DNA of 50,053 nucleotides from positions 1-50,053 of IMG/VR virus record IMGVR_UViG_3300030329_003563, one strand, 5' to 3'. The stretch's first letter is position 1. Every line of letters starts with the position of its first letter. The DNA is from a virus (taxonomy: Duplodnaviria; Caudoviricetes). The notes below the pieces were generated by a model, which made no database searches, was not told where the DNA came from, and saw nothing but the letters and a program-made list of their open reading frames with translations. Of the stretch, positions 1 to 7,436 are shown in pieces. A program made the translations under genes and the position numbers.

Positions 1-68
1 TCATCTTCTTCAGCGTTCCAATTCCAATTAAACTCCCTACCTCTTTGCAAGTCATATATATCTTCTTC
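1..68. repeat. Terminal direct repeat, left copy (circular assembly overlap)
   Basis: 1-68 matches 49986-50053 except A/G at position 12. Confidence 0.95.
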
Positions 69-101
69 GGATAGATTGACTTTAATACTGTATTGCTTCA
101 T
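1..101 (-). CDS. Small hypothetical protein, 5' part; crosses the junction and ends at 49937 (49 aa, MKQYSIKVNLSEEDIYDLQRGREFNWNWNAEEDDNIIIKINLFQGEEEE)
   Basis: Manual translation; GGAGGAG RBS, ATG at 101, frame stays open across the end overlap. Confidence 0.75.
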   Translation of the reverse strand, partial: MKQYSIKVNLSEEDIYDLQRGREFNWNWNAEED

Positions 102-250
102 CACTCCTCCTCTGGTTTAAGTATATCCATATAATAACATATATCTTCCCATCTTTCTTCAGAATCTGAAATATCTTCTTTAATATTAAACTTATCTGAT
201 TCGGGATTTAATTTTTGCAAAATACTAAATAATATTTCCCATTCAGTCAT
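101..250 (-). CDS. Hypothetical protein (49 aa)
   Basis: Manual translation MTEWEILFS...LKPEEE; GGAGGAG RBS; TGATG coupling. Confidence 0.7.
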   Translation of the reverse strand: MTEWEILFSILQKLNPESDKFNIKEDISDSEERWEDICYYMDILKPEEE

Positions 251-357
251 CACTCCTCCTCTTTTTTAGTTAAATACTTATATACACAGCCAATTAATCC
301 CACCTTGCATATAATCTCTATTATCATATCTAGCTTCCAGAGTACCTCATCAATCAT
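250..357 (-). CDS. Small hydrophobic hypothetical protein (35 aa)
   Basis: Manual translation MIDEVLWKLDMIIEIICKVGLIGCVYKYLTKKEEE; coupled to neighbours. Confidence 0.55.
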   Translation of the reverse strand: MIDEVLWKLDMIIEIICKVGLIGCVYKYLTKKEEE

Positions 358-646
358 TGTGTACCCCCTCTACTTCAAAGCCCCAATCAATAAGCTGTTT
401 GGATATTGTTTGTGGTAGCTGAAATATTCCGTCATAGTCCACTAGTCTGCCCTCTTGAAACCATAAACCACCCTCAGCATAGTATTCTGTGCCGTCATTA
501 TACATCTCGTAGTGTCCGTATTGCTTTATTGGATTTACTTCGATATGATATGTAATCTCTTGAGTTTCAAATGGCGTTGCACCACTTGATGTTTCGTGTC
601 TTATTTGTTGTCGCTTAACTATTGTTGTTTTCTTCGTGTCTGTCAT
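350..646 (-). CDS. Hypothetical early protein
   Basis: ORF track 350-676; ATG at 646 has GGAGG RBS. Confidence 0.75.
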   Translation of the reverse strand: MTDTKKTTIVKRQQIRHETSSGATPFETQEITYHIEVNPIKQYGHYEMYNDGTEYYAEGGLWFQEGRLVDYDGIFQLPQTISKQLIDWGFEVEGVHND

Positions 647-821
647 CTTTATTTGCCTCCTTTGACTCTTGGTCATCTTTAAGTGCTAGTTTTAGTAGTG
701 CTACTGATAAGGCATCATCTAGGCTACTCCTAGTGAACACATCTTTCTTCCTTTTCTTCAACTCTACCTTTTGCATTTTCTTTATCTTTTTTAGTTCCTT
801 GTCTAAATCAAACATATTCAC
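615..821 (-). CDS. Hypothetical protein
   Basis: ORF track; GGAGG RBS; in early gene string. Confidence 0.65.
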   Translation of the reverse strand: MNMFDLDKELKKIKKMQKVELKKRKKDVFTRSSLDDALSVALLKLALKDDQESKEANKDDRHEENNNS

Positions 822-1149
822 CTCCTAGTGTGTGATATTCTAGTTCTACGTTAAATGGCTTTACTTCATTGCCTAAATCAAAATTTTTCATAAAGTTCTT
901 CATTTCAATAACTTTTTCATCATCTACGGGTGATAAGCCGAATTCATCATCGCTTTCGTAAAGTTGCCAAAAACGTATATCATCGTAATCGACCTCAACA
1001 AGTATATTTTCTATGTCAACCTCCCAGCCGTCGTTTTCTAGGTCTGATACAATAGCACGTCTTAATGCTAATGCGATTGGACAATTACAGCTATCTTTTC
1101 TTACTCCCTTTCTTATATCATCTTTAGTTACTTCAACTATAATGCTCAT
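808..1149 (-). CDS. Hypothetical protein
   Basis: ORF track; GGAGG RBS; CxCPIALAL motif. Confidence 0.75.
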   Translation of the reverse strand: MSIIVEVTKDDIRKGVRKDSCNCPIALALRRAIVSDLENDGWEVDIENILVEVDYDDIRFWQLYESDDEFGLSPVDDEKVIEMKNFMKNFDLGNEVKPFNVELEYHTLGGEYV

Positions 1150-1313
1150 TTGCTTTCCTCCTTTGCCTTGCCGTCTGTACGGAATATCATCTCGGCTAGT
1201 GTTGTTAAGTCAGTTTCAGTTAATTTTACTAAGATATCCTCTGCTCTATCATTAAGACCAAGTCCATATCTTATTTGACATGCTATTTCCCATTTTTTCA
1301 GTTGCCTACTCAT
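1146..1313 (-). CDS. Hypothetical protein (55 aa)
   Basis: Manual translation MSRQLKKWEIACQ...KEESK; ATGA overlaps on both sides. Confidence 0.7.
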   Translation of the reverse strand: MSRQLKKWEIACQIRYGLGLNDRAEDILVKLTETDLTTLAEMIFRTDGKAKEESK

Positions 1314-1465
1314 TTGCTTTTCTCCTTTTCTTTTTCAAGTTTTTCTCTAAATGTTCCCCACATCATTTGACATCTAAGTTTTTCTTGCTTACTGGTCGCG
1401 TCTTTTTCTTTTTTCTTCCAGTAATATAATTGGTCGTTTAAATAATCTATATATTTTCTACTCAT
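1310..1465 (-). CDS. Hypothetical protein
   Basis: ORF track 1310-1594; ATG 1465 with GGAG RBS more likely. Confidence 0.6.
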   Translation of the reverse strand: MSRKYIDYLNDQLYYWKKKEKDATSKQEKLRCQMMWGTFREKLEKEKEKSK

Positions 1466-1466
1466 A

Positions 1467-1775
1467 TTAATAATCTCCGTCCATTTGTTCACCACAATAT
1501 CCCTCATCGTAGTATCTATCTTTTCTGTATGTGTATTTCTCTTTATCTTTGTAGCATTTACCACAATACAGCCCCGTATATATACCATATGCATCGCTTC
1601 TTGCCCATTTGTGATATTCTAGTGGGCTACATCTTGGAGTGTAGTAATCGCCCGTATTTTCACAAAATATTTCTTCGTCCTTATAATCTGTGTCAGCTTT
1701 TCCACAGCCTCCACAATGATATAAGTATTTATCTCTATCGTCCATTTCTATTTCACCTTTCATTGCTTTGTCCAT
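1467..1775 (-). CDS. Cys-rich (Zn-binding) hypothetical protein
   Basis: CGGC and CGKC pairs. Confidence 0.7.
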   Translation of the reverse strand: MDKAMKGEIEMDDRDKYLYHCGGCGKADTDYKDEEIFCENTGDYYTPRCSPLEYHKWARSDAYGIYTGLYCGKCYKDKEKYTYRKDRYYDEGYCGEQMDGDY

Positions 1776-1786
1776 TTTCTTTTCTC

Positions 1787-1957
1787 CTAGTTTGGATATA
1801 CAAATATTTCTTCGTATGCTTTTTCTATCTTAGCATCCCACTCTTTTTCAAATCTTTTTACTAGCACCGCCCTTTCTTGATATGTTAGTGCATTAGCTTT
1901 CATTCCATAATATTTACAAATGCTATCTATTTCTTTTTCTGTCCACCCTAAAATCAT
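1787..1957 (-). CDS. Hypothetical protein (56 aa)
   Basis: Manual translation MILGWTEKEIDSIC...VYPN; GGAG RBS. Confidence 0.65.
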   Translation of the reverse strand: MILGWTEKEIDSICKYYGMKANALTYQERAVLVKRFEKEWDAKIEKAYEEIFVYPN

Positions 1958-1968
1958 CGTATTATCTC

Positions 1969-2277
1969 CTATTTATATTCGTGTATTTGCTTTAATTCTT
2001 TAGCTTTACAATTTTCTATAACTATGTATTTAGGATTAATTAATTCTTTTATTTTTATCTTAAATTCATGCTGTCTTATCTTATCATCATAATGCATTGA
2101 TTGGTCTAGATATTTATCGTACATATCTTTAAAAGTTTCTTCATATTGACGTCCATATCCGTAACATTTTCCGCTATGATATATATTGTCAGTAATTTCA
2201 AATTGTACTGAGTGATACGTATTTCCGTTTACTTTATCAAAATATTTCTTTACTAATACTATTAAATCATTATCCAT
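1969..2277 (-). CDS. Hypothetical protein
   Basis: ORF track 1969-2328; ATG 2277 with GAGGAGG RBS; YFDKVNGNTYHS...YGYG motif. Confidence 0.7.
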   Translation of the reverse strand: MDNDLIVLVKKYFDKVNGNTYHSVQFEITDNIYHSGKCYGYGRQYEETFKDMYDKYLDQSMHYDDKIRQHEFKIKIKELINPKYIVIENCKAKELKQIHEYK

Positions 2278-2533
2278 TATTATTTTCCTCCTCATTACAT
2301 ATACATTCTTCTTCTTCACAATCTTCACATACTTCTACTTGGTACTCTTCTACTTCTACATAATCACCTTGCCAAACCCAGTCCATACAATAAGAGTTCC
2401 AACATTCAATATCTCCACAAATATATGTATGGCTAGTGTATGCACATACAATTTCTGTTTCTTCTGGTGTTGCCCCGCAATATTCACAATCGCCGTCCCA
2501 CCTCTTTTTAGTTATTGTTATTTTATTTCCCAT
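2270..2533 (-). CDS. Acidic Cys-rich hypothetical protein
   Basis: CEYC, CxxxxC, CEDC motifs; start at 2533 overlaps upstream stop. Confidence 0.7.
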   Translation of the reverse strand: MGNKITITKKRWDGDCEYCGATPEETEIVCAYTSHTYICGDIECWNSYCMDWVWQGDYVEVEEYQVEVCEDCEEEECICNEEENNNG

Positions 2534-2723
2534 TGTTATCTTCTTTCTTGTTATCACTAAATCCCTCATTCCATGTTGATTCATATTGCCCTATCCATAG
2601 CCATAAATCAGCTTTGTACTTCTTTGGTATTTTATTCATTATATCTTGCATTCTTTCGTTCATTTCCTTTTTATTTCTGAATGGTGCGAACATGCTTGTT
2701 GGCTTTTTCTTTTCTGTTGTCAT
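2523..2723 (-). CDS. Hypothetical protein
   Basis: ORF track; GGGAG RBS. Confidence 0.65.
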   Translation of the reverse strand: MTTEKKKPTSMFAPFRNKKEMNERMQDIMNKIPKKYKADLWLWIGQYESTWNEGFSDNKKEDNNGK

Positions 2724-2744
2724 TACTTTTTTCTCCCATTTATA

Positions 2745-2924
2745 TTATTTATTATCTGTGTCTTTTAGTTCTTTTATGTAATTCTTAAACTTTAAAATTT
2801 CTTTATTTATATTGCTATTTGTATTGTGATATTTACCAAACATTATTTTTCTTTCAATATGCTTGCCATTAACTTTTTCAGTTAGTACGTAAAATCCGCC
2901 ATTTTGATATTTAAATATATTCAT
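2745..2924 (-). CDS. Hypothetical protein (59 aa)
   Basis: Manual translation MNIFKYQNGGFYVLTEKVNGKH...; no clear RBS. Confidence 0.55.
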   Translation of the reverse strand: MNIFKYQNGGFYVLTEKVNGKHIERKIMFGKYHNTNSNINKEILKFKNYIKELKDTDNK

Positions 2925-2932
2925 AATATTAT

Positions 2933-2964
2933 AAAAAATGCCTAGCCAAATTAATGACTAGGCA
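2933..2964 (-). terminator. Intrinsic terminator
   Basis: Minus strand TGCCTAGTCA-ttaatt-TGGCTAGGCA followed by T6. Confidence 0.8.
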
Positions 2965-2975
2965 CTTATCCTATT

Positions 2976-3371
2976 TTATTGTTGTTCTGTTGGTGTGTTA
3001 TATTCTTCTTCAAGCTCATTTACTGGATTTGCTACCGCTTTAATGTCGTCCGTAAGGTCTCTGAGAAGTGTTTTGGTGTCGTCCACATAATCGCTATATT
3101 CTGTAATATTCTCTAGGCTTCTTATCGCATCTTCAACCTCTGAATAATTACCCGAAAATTCACTACTTACCTCATCGATTTCATCAGAAATACTATTGAG
3201 TTTTTCAAGAACATAATTTATGTTTGTTACTTGTGTGTTTTTTTGTAGGTGAGTTATTTGTTCAACAATGCCGATTGTTCCGTTATTGTTCATTATTCTT
3301 TTGATTTCAGCGAGGGTTTCGCTGTCTTTTTTTAGTCGTGAAATTTCTCCCACAAATTGCTCTAAGTTCAT
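2976..3371 (-). CDS. Acidic coiled-coil early protein
   Basis: ORF track 2976-3446; ATG 3371 with AAGGA RBS lies downstream of the promoter. Confidence 0.75.
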   Translation of the reverse strand: MNLEQFVGEISRLKKDSETLAEIKRIMNNNGTIGIVEQITHLQKNTQVTNINYVLEKLNSISDEIDEVSSEFSGNYSEVEDAIRSLENITEYSDYVDDTKTLLRDLTDDIKAVANPVNELEEEYNTPTEQQ

Positions 3372-3417
3372 ATTTCTTTCCTTTCGGTAGTGGCTTTCGC
3401 CGTTTTGATTACAAGTA

Positions 3418-3446
3418 ATATTATTAATTAATTGACTAATAAGCAA
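3418..3446 (-). promoter_or_regulatory. Sigma70-like early promoter
   Basis: TTGCTT-17 bp-TAATAT. Confidence 0.55.
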
Positions 3447-3549
3447 GATAAATAAAATTAATAATTAATAGTAATATATATATAAAATAGACGTATATTT
3501 AAATAGTTGATAACTTAAAACAGAAGTTTAATAAATAAAGGGGTATAAT

Positions 3550-3819
3550 ATGAGCATAGGCACACATAAAACAAGCGTAGTAAATGATAATAATATAACT
3601 ATGGTTTGTTATCATAATACGCCAGTTGTTAAGATAACAGACACAGACATTATATTAAATACTGGGGGCTGGTACTCTGCGACCACTAAACGCCGTATGA
3701 ATCAAGCAAGTCATTCGTTCGGGCTAGGGTTCGCTGTGTATCAAGTTAATTTTAGTTGGTATGTAGATTATAAAGGGGATACGATACCATACGAGGACAA
3801 TATGAAATTAAAAATATAA
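3550..3819 (+). CDS. Phage hypothetical protein
   Basis: YHNTPVV...GGWYSATTKRRMNQ pattern familiar from phage hypotheticals; AAGGGG RBS; own terminator. Confidence 0.75.
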   Translation: MSIGTHKTSVVNDNNITMVCYHNTPVVKITDTDIILNTGGWYSATTKRRMNQASHSFGLGFAVYQVNFSWYVDYKGDTIPYEDNMKLKI

Positions 3820-3852
3820 TTCATCCGTAGCCCACCGAATAACCACACACAC

Positions 3853-3893
3853 AAAAACGCCCCGACTTATTATGGTTGGGGCGTTGTCTTTTT
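3853..3893 (+). terminator. Intrinsic terminator, probably bidirectional
   Basis: AACGCCCCGAC/GTTGGGGCGTT stem with A-tract before and T-tract after. Confidence 0.8.
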
Positions 3894-4031
3894 CGCTGAA
3901 TTGACTAAAAAACTATCATTAATTATAATTACTGTTCAAAAAAAACCAAATTTTCAACTAAAAGAGGAAGGGGTATGGAGTCAGCATTCGGGGGTATGGG
4001 GCCATATAAAAGAGGGACACGCATTCTAATA

Positions 4032-4274
4032 TTATTTTTTTAATTTTCCCCTTTTTTTCCAATATTTTTTTCTAACCTTTTTCTTAAGTTTAGAATCTGT
4101 TTTTCTATATGGACGTAATACCCATTCATTATTTATTTTATATGTAAAAAAATCAGCTTTTTCCCATTGGAGGCGGTTATAGGTTTTATTAGGATTAGGT
4201 CTGGGGTTGTTAATATTCCATTGTTCATCAATGGCTGTAGTAATTAGTACTGCTATATATAGTTTTAATATCAT
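4032..4274 (-). CDS. Basic hypothetical protein with hydrophobic N-terminus
   Basis: ORF track; AAGGA RBS; follows the structured leader. Confidence 0.55.
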   Translation of the reverse strand: MILKLYIAVLITTAIDEQWNINNPRPNPNKTYNRLQWEKADFFTYKINNEWVLRPYRKTDSKLKKKVRKKYWKKRGKLKK

Positions 4275-4278
4275 ATTT

Positions 4279-4507
4279 CAGTTCCTTTGGTGAGTTTTAG
4301 ATAGAGACCAGCTATTCCCCTTACTTAGAGTAAAGGGCCTAGCCTCTATTACAGTTCCTTCGGAGCCGTTTCGCTTGATAGGACAATCGTTTTGGTAACT
4401 AAGCTCAATTGTCTTCGACTTGCTTTGTGACTATTGTTACAAATCCCCTTTTAGTAGCCGTTATTACTTGCTGTACCCTAAAAGCGTTTAGCCAACCGAT
4501 ACAGCGG
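4279..4507 (-). ncRNA. Putative structured ncRNA or long 5' leader
   Basis: Several 7-11 bp helices, mostly with G-U pairs on the minus strand; promoter directly upstream. Confidence 0.55.
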
Positions 4508-4511
4508 ACTT

Positions 4512-4563
4512 AATATAGTATGGATTTTTTTGTAATGCAATATTTATTTTTTATTTGTATATT
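4512..4563. promoter_or_regulatory. Divergent promoters sharing one -35 hexamer
   Basis: Minus TTGCAT-17-TATATT; plus ATGCAA-17-TATATT; both use 4535-4540. Confidence 0.5.
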
Positions 4564-4568
4564 ATTTT

Positions 4569-5333
4569 ATGGAATCTAAGACAATAAAGAAGAAAGAGCA
4601 CATATTATACGATAATATGAAAGAATTTATGGCGTTTAACCCGATGTTAAAGCCAACTGGAGACTGGAGGCGCGGAAAAGAGGGTGATTGGGTCTATACA
4701 GACGATTTGCATGTTTGTCAAATCCTGCGCGTTTTTTACGTTACTGTCCCCTCTACAGGCAAAAAGCAGAAATGCGTTAGGACGGTGTGCGGTTCGTTCG
4801 TTGTTGGCCAGGAAAACCTTAAAATGCTTGGCGAGCGCGGCGTTGCAGAGAATATATATACATTTTCAAGCACATATGATACGATTAGGAGCGTTAGAGA
4901 TAAAAAAGTATCATCTAAAAAGCTTTTATTTGCGCAATACGTAGCTGCAGGGATGGATTTGAGCAAAGCATATAGTATTGTTTATCCAAAGGCTAAAGAC
5001 TCAACTTACATAAAAACTGCAGCTAACAAATTATTACAACAGAAAAAGGTACAACAAATGGTAAAAGAGGAAATAAAGGATATATTGAATGCCGAGGGCG
5101 TTACTCCTGAGTTTATTATCCGATTATACAAAGATATAGCAGATATTTCAGAGCGCGACTCTGATAGGCTTCGCTCATTAGATGCGCTTGCTAAAATGTC
5201 TGGATTGTTTGATACGGAGAAAAAACAGGAACAACTAACAGTTTGGAGCGGATTCTCGCCTGAACAGCTGGAGGCTATCAAAAGTGACCAAAATAACGTC
5301 AAAGTACTCGCGCACGCAGAAAAAGAGAAGTAA
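4569..5333 (+). CDS. Putative terminase small subunit with N-terminal extension
   Basis: C-half FAQYVAAG..KAY...AANKLLQ...RLRSLDALAKMSGLF resembles TerS; first late gene, upstream of TerL. Confidence 0.65.
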   Translation: MESKTIKKKEHILYDNMKEFMAFNPMLKPTGDWRRGKEGDWVYTDDLHVCQILRVFYVTVPSTGKKQKCVRTVCGSFVVGQENLKMLGERGVAENIYTFSSTYDTIRSVRDKKVSSKKLLFAQYVAAGMDLSKAYSIVYPKAKDSTYIKTAANKLLQQKKVQQMVKEEIKDILNAEGVTPEFIIRLYKDIADISERDSDRLRSLDALAKMSGLFDTEKKQEQLTVWSGFSPEQLEAIKSDQNNVKVLAHAEKEK

Positions 5334-5526
5334 AAGTGTAAAAGACCCTTGTCTAGTTTGTGATAAAGACTTATATTACGACGACGAAGTATCGCAAAGA
5401 ATAGGGATGATGGAGTCAGATGGAGAAATAAACTCCTGGAAATGCCCGTTTTGTGCTTCAGAATTTGACTTAGATGACAATATTCTGCATATATACGGAG
5501 AAGAAAACGCAAAAGGATTAGCATAA
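5284..5526 (+). CDS. Zn-ribbon protein
   Basis: CLVC...CPFC; GGAGG upstream of GTG. Confidence 0.65.
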   Translation: MTKITSKYSRTQKKRSKSVKDPCLVCDKDLYYDDEVSQRIGMMESDGEINSWKCPFCASEFDLDDNILHIYGEENAKGLA

Positions 5527-5924
5527 TGCCAAAGTTTGGACGTAAATCAAGAGAAAGACTATCAACCTGCCATGAGGATTTGCAGGATTTATTTAATGAA
5601 GTAATTAAATATGTTGACTGTAGTGTCCTTGAGGGACATAGAAGTCAAGAAAGACAGGATAAATTATATGATGAAGGAAAAACCAAGGTCAAGTACCCAA
5701 AGGGTCGTCACAATGCTAGTCCTAGTCGTGCTTGTGATGTTGTCCCTTATCCTATTGACTGGGATGATAGAGAGCGTTTTCACTTGTTTGCAGGCTTTGT
5801 TTTAGGAATTGCGCAAGCAATGGAGATTAATATTCGCTGGGGAGGCGATTGGAACAAGAATTTCGAGGTAGATGACAACCAGTTTGATGATTTCCCTCAT
5901 TTTGAGCTATTAAAGGATTTTTAA
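5526..5924 (+). CDS. Endolysin, M15-family L-Ala-D-Glu peptidase
   Basis: RSQERQ, RHN..SRACD, WGGDW, DFPHFEL motifs. Confidence 0.9.
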   Translation: MPKFGRKSRERLSTCHEDLQDLFNEVIKYVDCSVLEGHRSQERQDKLYDEGKTKVKYPKGRHNASPSRACDVVPYPIDWDDRERFHLFAGFVLGIAQAMEINIRWGGDWNKNFEVDDNQFDDFPHFELLKDF

Positions 5925-6356
5925 ATGTTTGGTCTAAAAAAGAAAAATAAAAAAAATGCAAGTAGCGGTCTATCAGAAGGCGATTTAATTGCATTAAATG
6001 CATTGCAGGAAATATTAAATAAACAGTACGTTCCAGGAAATGACTTGAGGGGCTATCAAAATCCTAATCCAAGGTTAGTAACTTCAAGTAGTGCAGATGA
6101 TTGGGAAAATCAGCTACATAATATTATCAATATATACAAATTGGGGACCGAGGATGGATATAGGTTTTATCCTGCTTTTGGACGTGGAGAAGGTCCTAAT
6201 CGCCAATTATTTGCGGACCACATCGTAGGGCAAGATGTTTATAACAGAGCTCCTGCAGATTCCCTATCTACCGCACTTGTAGAGCAATTATTAAATATTA
6301 ATATGAGAGAAGAAGGTCACAGCGAATTGTTTCCTCCAGAATATACTGTAAAATAA
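5925..6356 (+). CDS. Hypothetical protein
   Basis: ORF track; tightly packed in late operon. Confidence 0.7.
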   Translation: MFGLKKKNKKNASSGLSEGDLIALNALQEILNKQYVPGNDLRGYQNPNPRLVTSSSADDWENQLHNIINIYKLGTEDGYRFYPAFGRGEGPNRQLFADHIVGQDVYNRAPADSLSTALVEQLLNINMREEGHSELFPPEYTVK

Positions 6357-6371
6357 TAAGGATTTTTAAAT

Positions 6372-6830
6372 ATGAGCAATGGACACGAACAAATAGATAA
6401 ATTAATACTAAATAACAACTTAAAAGATTTTTTAATCGAAGCGATGCAAGATGAAACTTTTGCAGTTGGAAGCGCTGATGCGACGAGATATAAAGATGCG
6501 GTTTCACGCCACCAATTAAGGCAACCACCTCGAAATCCATATGCGCATTTACAAAGACAGCAATCTATGAATATAGATAAAATATTAGATAAATATACGC
6601 GGCCAGGAATAAAAGCAACTCCAAATCCAAAGATGCCAATGCCAGGCTTTGGCGCTCTCGGAGCGGTTGCATTCTTAGCCCCTGCTATTCAAGAGCTTTT
6701 ATATGGTGCAATGGGTCTAGACGCTAGCGGCTTAGAGGATGAAGCTCCATGGTTCCCCGAAGGTTCTACTTATGAGACAGCTTTTCCGCCAGGGCCATCG
6801 ACTATAGAGCCAATAAAACGTAATAGATAA
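6372..6830 (+). CDS. Hypothetical protein
   Basis: ORF track; Pro-rich with one hydrophobic segment. Confidence 0.7.
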   Translation: MSNGHEQIDKLILNNNLKDFLIEAMQDETFAVGSADATRYKDAVSRHQLRQPPRNPYAHLQRQQSMNIDKILDKYTRPGIKATPNPKMPMPGFGALGAVAFLAPAIQELLYGAMGLDASGLEDEAPWFPEGSTYETAFPPGPSTIEPIKRNR

Positions 6831-6852
6831 CAATATTAAAATAGGAATATAG

Positions 6853-7434
6853 ATGAGAAGTGATTATTTAAACCCAAACAGCAATGTGTCTAAAGGCTTT
6901 CAGAAGCTTTCAGACATGCATTTGGAAATAGTAGATGTTACACCTACGTTGTCGGCAACAACATATGAGAATAAAGATTTAATGTGGCAACCAGCAACTA
7001 TAACTAATGCTGTAGCATCAGTTGGAAATGCATCGTTTTTACATAGCATTACTATGACTCAAAAGATTGATGCTGACAATCAAACAGATGCGATAGATTT
7101 ATTCTTTTTTGGCAAAAACCCGACATCTGTTACTGGCCTTGGTCTTGCAGATACGGCTGATAGTATTGAAACTACTGACAGCGAACAGAAAATGTTCTTA
7201 GATTCAGAGTTCTTAGGTAAAGTTCCCCTATCAGAGCCAACATTAATGCCAAGTACTGGCGCTGCTAATGGAGCAGCATACCTGACAGTAACTAATATTG
7301 GCCTACCTCTTCAATCTACAAGTGGCTCTAAAGATGTATATTTTATCGGAGTTATGCAGGATAAAAATACAACTGACCCCCTCACATACGCAGATGGGGA
7401 TTTATTATTTAGATTTGGCATAATGAGAGACTAA
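6853..7434 (+). CDS. Putative virion/decoration protein, related to 14577-15146
   Basis: Shared N-terminus MRSDYLNxNS; beta-rich composition. Confidence 0.6.
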   Translation: MRSDYLNPNSNVSKGFQKLSDMHLEIVDVTPTLSATTYENKDLMWQPATITNAVASVGNASFLHSITMTQKIDADNQTDAIDLFFFGKNPTSVTGLGLADTADSIETTDSEQKMFLDSEFLGKVPLSEPTLMPSTGAANGAAYLTVTNIGLPLQSTSGSKDVYFIGVMQDKNTTDPLTYADGDLLFRFGIMRD

Positions 7435-7436
7435 GC

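Noticed and set aside
622-2781. Plus-strand ORFs in the early region (622, 1013, 1529, 2339, 2515)
   Set aside because: They are antisense shadows of coupled minus-strand genes that have RBSs; F/L/S-rich composition, no RBS.
4279-4515. Group I intron, RNase P or tmRNA identity for the structured region
   Set aside because: Only short chance-like resemblances (AAGTCC, AGAGAC); no ordered set of conserved elements, and it interrupts no gene.
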